Source of the DNA: an uncultured Novosphingobium sp.
GTDB taxonomy: Bacteria; Pseudomonadota; Alphaproteobacteria; Sphingomonadales; Sphingomonadaceae
Length of the DNA: 60,637 bases
Assembly: GCA_964627175.1 (NCBI GenBank)
Contig: CAZVHM010000002.1
Coordinates: 3,759 to 64,395, forward strand
Direction: 5' to 3'
The stretch's first letter is position 1, and each line of letters opens with the position of its first letter. The notes below the pieces were generated by a model that saw only the letters and a program-made list of their open reading frames with translations, was not told the DNA's origin and did no database searches. Below are positions 27,553-37,023 of this stretch, in pieces. Made by a program: the position numbers and the translations under genes.

Positions 27553-28899
27553 TTAGCGCGGCGTCGGAGGAACCTGACGCGTCACCATGACCGTACCCAC
27601 CAGCGCTAGTCCGATGGAAAGCGCGATGACAAGGAAGTAGCTGGTCGCTCCGCCCATCGCCAAGGCTGCCACCCCCACGAACGAACTGGCAATCGCGCCC
27701 ACGCGGCCAATCGCTGCGGCCGAACCCACGCCCGTGCTCCGGGCCTGCGGCGGATACATATAGGCCGACAGGGTATACATGCCGTTGTGGACGTTCGAGA
27801 TGAAGAAGCCCAGCACGGCTAGCGCGCCGAAGATCACACTCAGGCTGGTGTTGCCCGAATAGATCAGACCGCCAAGTGCCAGGGCAGTGGCAATACAGCC
27901 AACCGAGGAGGCAAGAATGGCCGAGCGCGAACCATAACGCTCGATCAACCAACCGCTGATTACGCCGCCGACGATGCCGCCCGCACCATTAGCCGTCATG
28001 CCAAGGCTGGCGAGCGAAAGCGGATAGCCAAGGTCTGCCAGCATGGCCGGAACCCAGCTGAACACCGAATAGCTGGCCAGCAGGGTGAAGAAGAACGCGA
28101 ACCACAGCCCCAAGGTCGAGCGGCGCACATCGGCGGCAAAGAGCACACCGAGACCAGCCTTGGCGGCACCCTTGGTCACGACCACAGCTGCCGCGCCATC
28201 AGGCAGCGACAGCCCGAACTTGCCCAGGACTTTTTCCAACGCCGGGGTGCGCCCACTGGTCCGAGCAAGAAAGATCGGCGATTCCGGCAAGGCAACGGCC
28301 AGAAGCACGCCGGCGATCACGCCGCTGGCTCCCAGGACATAGAAATGCCCACTCACGCCCCCTGCCGGCAGCACGACCGCCGCAATCAGGCCGGAAAGCA
28401 TGGAGCCGACGGCAATGAATACCATGGTGACGGCAATGCCGGTCGCACGCTTTCGCAGCGGCGTGGTTTCCGAAACCATGGCCGCACCATTGGGAATCAT
28501 CGCGCCCATGCCCAGCCCGTCGAGGAAGCGCAGCCAGAACAGGGTATGGATGTCGGTTGCCAGGCCAGCGGCCATGGTCATCACACCGAACAGCATTACG
28601 CTGCCCACCAGCATCGGCTTGCGGCCGATCCGGTCGCCCAGCATGCCACCTGCCGCCGCGCCAATGGTCAGGCCAACAAGGCCAATCGCGGCAACCGATG
28701 CGAATGCCTGACGATCAAGCCCCCAGGCCTTCGTGAGCGCCGGAATGGCAAGTCCGAGCGACTGGTTGGCGACGCCATCCACCAGATAGGCCAGCGCAAT
28801 CAGCGCAATCAGGAATTTCTGGAAGGAGCTCCAAGGCGCACCGTCGATCAGTGCACCGACATCGACTTCTCCCGATTCTATTTCTCTATTGTCGACCAT
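27553..28899 (-). CDS. Aromatic acid:H+ symporter (AAHS; PcaK/BenK-like) MFS
   Basis: TM1 'LVDG', 'GDRIGRK', 'LRFLDGLGMG', 'LPESP', 'YP...RSTGVG....GRVG'. Confidence 0.9.
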   Translation of the reverse strand: MVDNREIESGEVDVGALIDGAPWSSFQKFLIALIALAYLVDGVANQSLGLAIPALTKAWGLDRQAFASVAAIGLVGLTIGAAAGGMLGDRIGRKPMLVGSVMLFGVMTMAAGLATDIHTLFWLRFLDGLGMGAMIPNGAAMVSETTPLRKRATGIAVTMVFIAVGSMLSGLIAAVVLPAGGVSGHFYVLGASGVIAGVLLAVALPESPIFLARTSGRTPALEKVLGKFGLSLPDGAAAVVVTKGAAKAGLGVLFAADVRRSTLGLWFAFFFTLLASYSVFSWVPAMLADLGYPLSLASLGMTANGAGGIVGGVISGWLIERYGSRSAILASSVGCIATALALGGLIYSGNTSLSVIFGALAVLGFFISNVHNGMYTLSAYMYPPQARSTGVGSAAAIGRVGAIASSFVGVAALAMGGATSYFLVIALSIGLALVGTVMVTRQVPPTPR

Positions 28900-29000
28900 A
28901 TTGCCTACCTATCTGGTATTCTCTTATGGAGGCCGTATCAGGTCGGGAGGGGAATCGGCAAGTCCGATCATCATGGCCCGTCGCCCACACGGAGCATTAC

Positions 29001-29876
29001 TTGCCGCACCTCCTGATCGACAGCCACGCCCTTGTCGCGGCGCTTGGTGATACGCATTGGCCTCTGGCACCAGATGCGCCCCCGCCCAGCCCTGCCGAAC
29101 AGGTAACAGAACGCACGACAACCGCGCTGCTGGACGTCATGGCATCATCCGGTGTGGGCCGCGCCGTGCTGGTTCAGCGCAACCGCTATTACGGCTACGA
29201 CAACGGATACATCTGCGATGCATTCCACGTCGCGCCAGACCGCCTCCGCATGGTTTGCGCCGTTGACGGGTTCTCCGCCGCGTGTGCAACACAGGCCGAG
29301 CACTGGCTGTCGCGCGACGGCACGGTCGGTATCCGTTTCATGGAGCCGGCGAAAAACGCCCCGCTCGACTGGCTCGGCAGCGCTCATGCCCGCGCGGCAT
29401 GGGCTGTCGCGGCAACGCGCGGCGCGATCGTTCAGGTTCATCTCTTTCCGTGGGCCCGCAGCGCAGCCATTCCCGTGCTGCTCGAGCTCATCGCACAATT
29501 CCCCGATCTCGATGTTGTGATAGACAATCTGTCCAACATCGACCTGGCAACGGGCGCGCCCCTTTTCGGCATGGACGACGGATTTGCCGCACTGGCGGAT
29601 TGCGGTCGCGTCCACATGCGCGTGACAACGCTAGGCCTTCATCGCGCGCAGGTGGCGGGCGTAGATCTCGCCACGGCGATGACCGCACTGGCGCAGCGGC
29701 TAGGGCCGGAGCGGCTGCTCTGGGGGACAGACATCATCCCCGCAGGGATGGATTACGCCGGAGCGGTCGCACTGGCCCTCCAATCGACCAGCACGCTCGC
29801 CGAGGGTGACCGTGCGCGCATCCTTCACGACAATGCCGCTCGGCTGTTTTTTGAACGAAGCATCGAGCGCCTTTAA
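29001..29876 (+). CDS. Amidohydrolase_2-family protein (degenerate paralog of 33140..33997)
   Basis: 'LIDSHAL', 'AVLVQR..YGYDN.Y', 'VGIRFME', 'RLLWGTD'. TTG start after GGAG. Confidence 0.8.
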   Translation: MPHLLIDSHALVAALGDTHWPLAPDAPPPSPAEQVTERTTTALLDVMASSGVGRAVLVQRNRYYGYDNGYICDAFHVAPDRLRMVCAVDGFSAACATQAEHWLSRDGTVGIRFMEPAKNAPLDWLGSAHARAAWAVAATRGAIVQVHLFPWARSAAIPVLLELIAQFPDLDVVIDNLSNIDLATGAPLFGMDDGFAALADCGRVHMRVTTLGLHRAQVAGVDLATAMTALAQRLGPERLLWGTDIIPAGMDYAGAVALALQSTSTLAEGDRARILHDNAARLFFERSIERL

Positions 29877-29905
29877 CTAGCATCAGGAATGACAAGGAGC
29901 AGGAT

Positions 29906-30784
29906 ATGAAGATCGGTTTCATCGGGCTTGGCATCATGGGCAAGCCCATGGCAGGCCACCTCGCCGCAGCCGGGCACGAAGTATTCGTGCTGGCGTCCAG
30001 CGCGGCTGCCGCGGATCTGCAGGCAGCCGGCGCGTCCACTCGCGCCACGGCCCGCGAACTCGCGGAGGCAGCCGAAGTCGTTATCCTGATGGTTCCCGAC
30101 ACGCCACAGGTGGAAGCCGTGTTGTTCGGGGCCGATGGCGTGGCCGAAGGCATTTCCGCCGGAAAGCTCGTGATCGACATGAGCTCGATCTCGCCGATCG
30201 CGACCAAGGAATTTGCCGAGCGCATTGCCGCGCGTGGCGCCGGTTACGTCGATGCGCCGGTATCGGGCGGTGAAGTGGGCGCCAAGGCCGCTTCGCTCTC
30301 GATCATGGTGGGGGGCAGCGACGATGATTTCGCCCGCGCTCTTCCCCTGCTTCAGGCGATGGGCAAGAACATCACCCATGTCGGCCCGGTCGGTTCGGGG
30401 CAGACCACCAAGGTTGCTAACCAGATCATCGTGGCGCTGAATATTGCTGCGGTGGGCGAAGCTCTGCTGTTCGCCAAGACCGCTGGTGCCGATCCGGCCA
30501 AGGTGCGTGAAGCGCTGCTGGGCGGTTTTGCCAGTTCGCGCGTGCTCGAAGTCCACGGCCAGCGCATGATCGAACGCACGTTCAACCCCGGCTTCCGCAT
30601 CAACTTGCATCACAAGGATCTGTCGCTGGCGATCGACGGTGGCAACGCTCTTGGCCTGTCGCTGCCGCAGACCGCGTTCTGCCAGCAGCTGATGAACAGC
30701 GCCCGCGCTGCCGGCGAAGGCGATCTAGATCATTCCGGCCTTGTCCGTTCGCTGGAACGGCTCGCGGGCGGCACCATCGCCTAA
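29906..30784 (+). CDS. glxR: 2-hydroxy-3-oxopropionate (tartronate semialdehyde) reductase
   Basis: 'KIGFIGLGIMGKPMA', 'DAPVSGGEVGA', 'GQTTKVANQIIVALNI', 'TFNPGFRINLHHKDL'. Confidence 0.88.
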   Translation: MKIGFIGLGIMGKPMAGHLAAAGHEVFVLASSAAAADLQAAGASTRATARELAEAAEVVILMVPDTPQVEAVLFGADGVAEGISAGKLVIDMSSISPIATKEFAERIAARGAGYVDAPVSGGEVGAKAASLSIMVGGSDDDFARALPLLQAMGKNITHVGPVGSGQTTKVANQIIVALNIAAVGEALLFAKTAGADPAKVREALLGGFASSRVLEVHGQRMIERTFNPGFRINLHHKDLSLAIDGGNALGLSLPQTAFCQQLMNSARAAGEGDLDHSGLVRSLERLAGGTIA

Positions 30785-30809
30785 ATAGACCACCATCGCC
30801 TAAATAGAC
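30772..30809 (+). repeat. Perfect 19-bp tandem duplication spanning the glxR stop
   Basis: CACCATCGCCTAAATAGAC at 30772-30790 and again at 30791-30809. Confidence 0.95.
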
Positions 30810-30844
30810 AAAGCCCGCTGGCCGCACTTGGCCAGTGGGCTTTT
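30810..30844 (+). terminator. Rho-independent terminator after glxR
   Basis: AAAGCCCGCTGGCC...GGCCAGTGGGCTTTT. Confidence 0.8.
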
Positions 30845-30860
30845 GCCGTTCTGGAAACTC

Positions 30861-30895
30861 AAAAAAACAACGCGCCCGCCGAGGCGAGCGCGTTG
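30861..30895 (-). terminator. Rho-independent terminator for the minus-strand operon ending at 30996
   Basis: CAACGCGC..GCGCGTTG hairpin preceded by A7 (a U-tract on the minus strand). Confidence 0.7.
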
Positions 30896-30995
30896 CTCCG
30901 TTGCGCAAAATTACCGCTGCTTCAGAATTTTACGCCCCGGGAAACCGGATTGTCGCAGAGCCGGCCGGCACCAACCTGGCGCCGGCCTGACCTTG

Positions 30996-32093
30996 TCAGC
31001 GCCAGGGATCGACCGTGACGTGGATCGCCCCCTGCACACCGCGGCCCGCAGTGGCGAGAACGGCCTCGTGCACTTCTTCCAGGCCGAAATCGTGCGAGCA
31101 GAGCTTGTCGATCGGCCACTTGCCCGAACCGATGATCTGCAGTGCGATTTCGATCGAGCGATAGCTATGGCCACGCGGCGCGCGCACGGTCAGGTAGCGC
31201 TTCTTGATTTCGCCGATCGGAACCTGCTGCTTGAGGCCATTGAGGTTGAGGAACGCTCCCTTGGCGGCAATGTCGATGGCTTCGGCAGCAATTTCGCCGG
31301 TCGGATCACCGGTCGTATCGACCACCACGTCGATGCCGCGGCCATTGGTGTGCTTCATCACCACGTCCTTGAGGCTTTCCTCGTCGACATTGACGGCAAT
31401 GTCCGCGCCGAGTTCAAGCGCAAGGTCAAGCCGCGCGCGGTCACGGGTCTGGCCGGCGATGATGACCAGTGATGCGCCGGCCGACTTTGCGGCCAGGGCG
31501 CAACCCAAGCCCTGCTGGCCGGGACCATAGACCACCACGGTCTTACCGATGCCGGCGCCACCGTCGAGCACTGCCCACTGCACGCCGTTGCCCATCGGGA
31601 TCGCCATGGTGGCATGACGTGCGGGCATGTTGTCGGGGATGCGGTGAATCACGGCATTGGGCGCCAGGTAGGCATACTGGCTGAACCCACCCCACAGATG
31701 CGGCGGAATATCAGCGTTGCAAGTGCCGTAACGCAGCGTGTTGAACTGGTCCTTCACGTTGAAGAAGTCAGCTTCCATGCACAGGCGGAAATCGCCCTGG
31801 CGGCACCAGTGGCAGTGCCAGCACGGCAGGTATTCTTCCAGCGCCACGCGGTCACCCGGTTTGAGGCCCCAGCGCTTGGCTGCGGCTTCACCCAGTTCGC
31901 TCACAGTGCCGACGATTTCGTGACCCATGATGCACGGGGCCGCGCCCGGCTTGCGGTAGTATTCAGGCTCGCTGCCGCCCACGCCCGAAGATTCGACCTT
32001 CAGCAGGCCGCTGTCAGGCCCGATCTTTGGCAGGTCGAATTCGCGGATTTCGCCCTTTTCGATATCAATCTTGACCGATGCCTTGACCTTCAT
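30996..32093 (-). CDS. Zinc-binding MDR dehydrogenase-like protein (paralog of 26374..27480)
   Basis: CWHCHWC...C, 'SGVGGSE...GHE', GPGQQG, C-terminal 'GAIHVTVDPW'. Confidence 0.87.
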   Translation of the reverse strand: MKVKASVKIDIEKGEIREFDLPKIGPDSGLLKVESSGVGGSEPEYYRKPGAAPCIMGHEIVGTVSELGEAAAKRWGLKPGDRVALEEYLPCWHCHWCRQGDFRLCMEADFFNVKDQFNTLRYGTCNADIPPHLWGGFSQYAYLAPNAVIHRIPDNMPARHATMAIPMGNGVQWAVLDGGAGIGKTVVVYGPGQQGLGCALAAKSAGASLVIIAGQTRDRARLDLALELGADIAVNVDEESLKDVVMKHTNGRGIDVVVDTTGDPTGEIAAEAIDIAAKGAFLNLNGLKQQVPIGEIKKRYLTVRAPRGHSYRSIEIALQIIGSGKWPIDKLCSHDFGLEEVHEAVLATAGRGVQGAIHVTVDPWR

Positions 32094-32129
32094 CGCCCAT
32101 TCCTCTCGCTAATTTAAAACCCGAACGGA

Positions 32130-33137
32130 TCAGGCCGCCGGAATCCGGAACACGCGCTCGGCAGTCCGGTGATAGATATTGGCCTTGTCCTCGTCGCTGA
32201 TCGGCATGGCATCCATGTCAGCAACGGCTTCGGCAGTATCGCAGAACGGATAATCGATGGCGAACATCATTCGCTCCGATCCCACCGCCTCAATCCCGAA
32301 CTTCACTGCGGCAGGGGCATTCATGCCGCTGGTCGTGATGAAGAAGTTACGCAGGAAATAGGCGCTAGGCGCCATTTCAAGCGTGGGCCGCCCTTCCGCC
32401 TGGAAGGCCTTGTGCATGGCATCGATGCGGGTCAACCAATAGGGCACGCCCTCACCGCCGTGGCCCAGGATCACCTTCAGGTTGGGGAAGCGATCGAACA
32501 CCCCGCCCACGATCATGCGCACGGCATGCAGGCCTGTTTCAGCCTGAAAGCCCCAGATCGCATGTTCCAGCGTATATTGCCGATAGGGTGCTGCCATGGC
32601 CGGCGCCGGAGCGCGCGGATGGATGTAGAGCGGCATCCCTTCTGCCTCGAGGGCAGCCAGGATCGGCCCGAACTTCGCCTCGTCCAGATACTCGCCGCCA
32701 GTATGCGAGTTCACGAGCATACCAGCGAACTTGAGTTCACGGGCGCAACGCTCGATCTCGCGCGCGGCGCCTTCCGGATCCTGGGGCGCGAAGGCCCCAA
32801 GACCGGCATAACGGGTCGGATGGCGCACGATGGCGTCAGCCAGCACATCATTGGCCTTGGCGGCCAGATCGCCGGCTTCGCCTGCCTCGAACATCTGCAC
32901 CCCGGTAGAGGCAAGTGAAATCACCTGCACATCGACGCCATGCTGGTCCATGATTTCGAGGCGCTCGCCATCGAGGTCGAGCAGACGTCGTTCCAGAGGA
33001 CTACCGGCACGGGCTCGCGACCAGAACAGGAGATCCGGGTCATAGGCTTCCGCCGCTGCGCGATCGCGCATCGGGTTCAGCACTTCGGGTATGACGTAGG
33101 CTTCCTCGGTGGCGATACGACGAAATGCACCCGCCAT
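32130..33137 (-). CDS. LigW-like nonoxidative aromatic decarboxylase (amidohydrolase superfamily)
   Basis: 'RIATEEA', 'GVQMF', 'FAPQDP', 'NSHT', 'LYIHPRAP', 'AIWG', 'ILGH', 'AIDYP' match recalled 5-carboxyvanillate decarboxylase motifs. Confidence 0.85.
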   Translation of the reverse strand: MAGAFRRIATEEAYVIPEVLNPMRDRAAAEAYDPDLLFWSRARAGSPLERRLLDLDGERLEIMDQHGVDVQVISLASTGVQMFEAGEAGDLAAKANDVLADAIVRHPTRYAGLGAFAPQDPEGAAREIERCARELKFAGMLVNSHTGGEYLDEAKFGPILAALEAEGMPLYIHPRAPAPAMAAPYRQYTLEHAIWGFQAETGLHAVRMIVGGVFDRFPNLKVILGHGGEGVPYWLTRIDAMHKAFQAEGRPTLEMAPSAYFLRNFFITTSGMNAPAAVKFGIEAVGSERMMFAIDYPFCDTAEAVADMDAMPISDEDKANIYHRTAERVFRIPAA

Positions 33138-33139
33138 GA

Positions 33140-33997
33140 TCAGTTCCAGTTCCGTCCGTAATAGCGGGCGGTCGTTCCCGAAAGCACTGCTTCCCGCTGC
33201 GCTGCATCGAGCAGGGTGACCGAGTTGCGGGCCAATTCTGCCATGTATTCGTAAGTGCCCGGCGACTGGCTGATGTCCGAACCCCACATCACGCGGTCAG
33301 CGCCGAAGTGATCGACGACACGCTTGACGATCGGTGCGGCATCGACGCCGCCCGCTGCCAGCTTGCCCAGCGGAATGGTGGTGTACTTGATCGCCACGCC
33401 GGCAAAATCGACCAGCCGCGCGAGCGCATCGTCAAGGCCATAGTCAGGCGCGCCGGCGTTCACGTTCATGTTCGAGAAGTGATCGATGACCACCTTCGCC
33501 TGGGGCAGATCCGTCAGTATGGCGTTCAGGCGTTCGAGGCCGAGGGCGCGGTTCCACGGGAAGAAGTGGACGCAGACCGGAACGTCGAGTTCCACGGCAG
33601 CCTTCCACGCCTTGCGCGAGGTATCCGAATCCAGCCAGCCGATGCCGGCATCACGGACCAGTTCCATGAAGCGGATGCCCACCGCGTTGCGCTCGCCCAC
33701 CCAGTGATGCACGCGCTCACCGGCATCTTCGGCTTCGCCATTGATGGCGCAGACCGCGGCCAGACGGTCGGGCGCGGCGGCCACGCTGTCACACACGTAG
33801 GTGTTGTTGAAGCCGTAGACCGAACCGCGCTGAACGAGAACCGCCTTGCCAACGCCAGCGCCCCCCATGTCGCCCAGCAGGCGTTCGACGGTCATCGGAT
33901 TTTCAAGTTCGCTTGCCTTGTATTCGCCGCTCGGCGGCGCAGGCGGATAGCGATTGATATCGTCGGTGAGGATATGGGCGTGGCTATCAATCAACAT
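33140..33997 (-). CDS. Amidohydrolase_2-family protein (LigI/lactonase-like)
   Basis: 'IDSHAH', 'AVLVQ', 'VVIDHF', 'RVMWGSD'. Confidence 0.88.
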   Translation of the reverse strand: MLIDSHAHILTDDINRYPPAPPSGEYKASELENPMTVERLLGDMGGAGVGKAVLVQRGSVYGFNNTYVCDSVAAAPDRLAAVCAINGEAEDAGERVHHWVGERNAVGIRFMELVRDAGIGWLDSDTSRKAWKAAVELDVPVCVHFFPWNRALGLERLNAILTDLPQAKVVIDHFSNMNVNAGAPDYGLDDALARLVDFAGVAIKYTTIPLGKLAAGGVDAAPIVKRVVDHFGADRVMWGSDISQSPGTYEYMAELARNSVTLLDAAQREAVLSGTTARYYGRNWN

Positions 33998-34086
33998 CGG
34001 TGGTCCTCATGGGCTCTGTTTTACCGTTCATTGCCCGACGGCCGAAATGGCACGCCGGGCAATGTCTCCCGCGGTCTCGTGGTCAA

Positions 34087-35286
34087 TCAGTTCAGAATCT
34101 GGGCCCATTCGGCCCGGACCCGTTCCTCGTAGCTGCGCAGACCTTCTTCATAAGTCTTGCGCAATTCGGGCTTCAGGAAGTGACGGAAGTGCGGCCCCTT
34201 GGAAACAGCGTCGATCTGATCGGAGATCAGGGTCCAGCTGTGGGCGCCATCGCGGCTGGTGTAGAGTTCACCGCACGAAGTACCCATGAACAGTTCCACC
34301 CCGCCTTCCTCCGAATAATGCATGGCGGCGGCTTCGATGTTGCCGGGAACCGGCTGACGCACGCCATTCATCGCGTCTTCCCAGGTCTTGCCGCGATCGC
34401 GGCTGCGCAGGAACAGCGGATAGGCGGTGCCGGCCTTACCCCAATCCGGGTTCGGCGAAACGCCGGCGCCGATCATGTACAGCACGTTCGAGCTGCGAGG
34501 ATCGACGAAGAACGGATCCGGATAGCCCATGCGAAAGTAGATGTCCGTCAGGGTTTCCCAAGTCTCGCCGGCATCGGTGCTGTGATAGAGACCGATGCCC
34601 GAGGTCAGGAAGATCTCGTTCGGGTTGTCCTTCATGATCGTCACGCGGTGCATGTCGCGGCGGAACTTGTCGTCCAGCTGGTCCATCGAGGCAACCGAAC
34701 GCCAGGTCTTGCCGCCATCTTCGGTCTTCAGCAGATCACCCTGCTCAACGCAGATGTAGATCGTGTCAGGCTGGCTCGGGTGCGAGGCGATGTGCTTGAT
34801 GTGGGGAACCGAACGCGGGAACATCCACTTCTGCTTGTCGTCCGCTTCGAGGCACGACGGGAACTTCTGCCAGCTCTCGCCCTCGTCGAAGCTACGGTAG
34901 AACATCACCGGCTCGGTACCGAGGTTGAGTACGGTCTTGTCGCCCACATGCTGAATCTTGATGGTGTAGGCGTGTTCGGATTCCAGCCCGTTGTTGCGGG
35001 GCTCCCAAGTCTCGCCGCCGTCGTCGCTGACCAGCAGACCTTCCTTGAAGTGAACGCAGGCATAGAGACGACCGGAACGCTCATCCAGCGAGAGGGCACT
35101 GACGTGACGATCGCGCAGGATGTCGTTGCGGGTGACCTGCCAAGGCGCATTGACCGACTCACGGCGCAATTCGACAACGGAATTCGCCGTCGTCACCAGC
35201 ATGCGCAGAGCCGCCTTCTCGGTGTACGAAGTCGTCTCTCCGTTGGCGGAAAGGCAAATCAGAGGCTCCTGGACACCTTTGGACAT
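34087..35286 (-). CDS. Cytoplasmic BNR/Asp-box beta-propeller protein of unknown function
   Basis: Repeated SxDxGxTW Asp-boxes (SDDGGETW, SFDEGESW, TEDGGKTW, STDAGETW, SRDRGKTW, SRDGAHSW). No signal peptide. Confidence 0.85.
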   Translation of the reverse strand: MSKGVQEPLICLSANGETTSYTEKAALRMLVTTANSVVELRRESVNAPWQVTRNDILRDRHVSALSLDERSGRLYACVHFKEGLLVSDDGGETWEPRNNGLESEHAYTIKIQHVGDKTVLNLGTEPVMFYRSFDEGESWQKFPSCLEADDKQKWMFPRSVPHIKHIASHPSQPDTIYICVEQGDLLKTEDGGKTWRSVASMDQLDDKFRRDMHRVTIMKDNPNEIFLTSGIGLYHSTDAGETWETLTDIYFRMGYPDPFFVDPRSSNVLYMIGAGVSPNPDWGKAGTAYPLFLRSRDRGKTWEDAMNGVRQPVPGNIEAAAMHYSEEGGVELFMGTSCGELYTSRDGAHSWTLISDQIDAVSKGPHFRHFLKPELRKTYEEGLRSYEERVRAEWAQILN

Positions 35287-35325
35287 CGAACCACTCCTTG
35301 GCTGCGGACCATCCCGGGTCCGTCA

Positions 35326-35361
35326 TCAACTACATTTAGGACTACAATTTTGGTATACCAT
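35326..35361. promoter_or_regulatory. Putative GntR operator with perfect palindrome TGGTATACCA
   Basis: TGGTATACCA at 35351-35360, preceded by two ACTACA units at 12-13 bp spacing. Confidence 0.65.
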
Positions 35362-35382
35362 CTTGCGGGGATCCGCAAGCGC

Positions 35383-36189
35383 CTACCCTACCAAACGGAA
35401 CACCCGCGCAGCAGCGCCGCCAAAAATCTGGGCAACATCATCGGCTGAACACCCGACGAAAAGATCGCGGGTCCAGTTCAGCGCATTGGCATAACCTTCG
35501 CGCGAGGATACGGGCGGATAATCGCTGCCCCACATCATGCGGCTGGCACCGAAACTGGCCAGAACCTCAAGCACGATCGCCCCCGGAGCCGGATCGAGCA
35601 CGCAGCCGCTGGCCGGCAGCTTTCCGCGCATGTCGCGCGGTGACAGCTGGCCGAGGGCCGGCACCTTGATCATGACGTTGGCATAATCCGACAGCTTCAT
35701 GATGGCAGCGCGCGTGGTATCAGAGCGATCGCAATCGGGCCGGGTCCAGCCGCCGAGATGCTCCAGCACGAACGGCATATCCGGGAAAGTGCGCAGCAAA
35801 TGGGCGAATTCTTCAGACAGCACGGCGCTGGCCGCCCCTGCAACGCTGATCGCCATGCCGTTATCCGCAGCCGCGCGCCAAAGAGCGAGCGGATCTTCGC
35901 CGACCGACCGGGCCTCGGGCCGCAGGCGCACGCCAACCGCGCCGCGATTCGCTGCCTGCGTTACCGAAGTTGCGGCATCGGGGTGCGCCGCATCGATCCC
36001 CACCACGCTCGCGAAGCGGCCGGGGAAGCGGGCAAGGCAATCCTCCTGATAGGTATTGTCGAACTGGCCGAGGGCCTGGGTCAGCACCGCGCGGTTCACC
36101 CCGTTCAGATCCATCTGCAACACCAGCGGCTCTACCGGTTCGAACCACACCGGAGAAGCATGACAATGCGCATCGACAACCAGAACCAA
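35383..36189 (-). CDS. Amidohydrolase_2-family protein (lactonase-like)
   Basis: 'VDAHCH', 'GVRL', 'FVLEHLG', 'RMMWGSDYP'. TTG start. Confidence 0.85.
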   Translation of the reverse strand: MVLVVDAHCHASPVWFEPVEPLVLQMDLNGVNRAVLTQALGQFDNTYQEDCLARFPGRFASVVGIDAAHPDAATSVTQAANRGAVGVRLRPEARSVGEDPLALWRAAADNGMAISVAGAASAVLSEEFAHLLRTFPDMPFVLEHLGGWTRPDCDRSDTTRAAIMKLSDYANVMIKVPALGQLSPRDMRGKLPASGCVLDPAPGAIVLEVLASFGASRMMWGSDYPPVSSREGYANALNWTRDLFVGCSADDVAQIFGGAAARVFRLVG

Positions 36190-36252
36190 TTCTCTTCCCC
36201 TTGAAGTTTGGCCAGGCACGGCCCGCCCCCTTGATTGCATTTTGCAGATCGG

Positions 36253-36279
36253 ATGTGTAGCGCATTTTGCTATACACAT
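36253..36279. promoter_or_regulatory. Putative operator (imperfect inverted repeat containing TGCTATACA)
   Basis: ATGTGTAGCGCA-TTT-TGCTATACACAT between divergent genes. Confidence 0.6.
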
Positions 36280-36293
36280 TCAGGGAGAAGTTC

Positions 36294-37001
36294 ATGCCGA
36301 ATAGCCGCTCGCTCGTGTTCCTGCCCGGATCGCTTAGCGACGAACAGGTCTGGCATCATCAGACCGAAGCGCTCAAGGACATTGCCGAGATCACCGTGCC
36401 GCACATTCTGGGGCCGGATTCGCTTGAAGAAATGGCCGAGGCGGTGATTGCGCATGCCCCGGCGAAGTTTGCTCTGGTTGGTTTTTCCATGGGCGGCCGC
36501 GTGGCGCTCGAAGTCTATCGGCGCATTCCGGATCGCATTACCGGCCTCGCTCTTGTTTCTGCCTCGATTCATCCCATCGCACCCGGAGAGGACGTGAAGC
36601 GCAAGCCGATGCTTGATTTGGCCGTGGCCGAAGGGATGGAAGCCTTGGCGACAGAGTGGTTTCCTCGCATTGTTCATCCGAGCCGGTTGAACGATGAAGC
36701 GTTCATGAAGCCGTTGCGTGAAATGGCACTGCGCCAATCGCCGGACGATTATGTCCGCGAGGTGAAGGCCCTGCTCACCCGCCCCGACGCCCTCGACGTT
36801 GCCGCGACGGTGACTTGCCCGGTGCTGGTCATCGCCGGCGACTCCGACCCGCTCAGCACGCCGGCGCGCAACGCTGAAATCAAGCGCGTCATCCCTCAGG
36901 CCGAACTCGTGACCTTCGAAGATTGCGCACACTTCCCGATGCTTGAATATCCCGAGCGCACGACCGCGCTGCTCCGCGATTGGGTGCTGTCGCTGGATTG
37001 A
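36294..37001 (+). CDS. Alpha/beta-fold hydrolase
   Basis: Nucleophile elbow GFSMGG, 'GDSD', 'AHFPMLE'. Confidence 0.9.
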   Translation: MPNSRSLVFLPGSLSDEQVWHHQTEALKDIAEITVPHILGPDSLEEMAEAVIAHAPAKFALVGFSMGGRVALEVYRRIPDRITGLALVSASIHPIAPGEDVKRKPMLDLAVAEGMEALATEWFPRIVHPSRLNDEAFMKPLREMALRQSPDDYVREVKALLTRPDALDVAATVTCPVLVIAGDSDPLSTPARNAEIKRVIPQAELVTFEDCAHFPMLEYPERTTALLRDWVLSLD

Positions 37002-37023
37002 GCGACAGCACAAGCAAAACACC

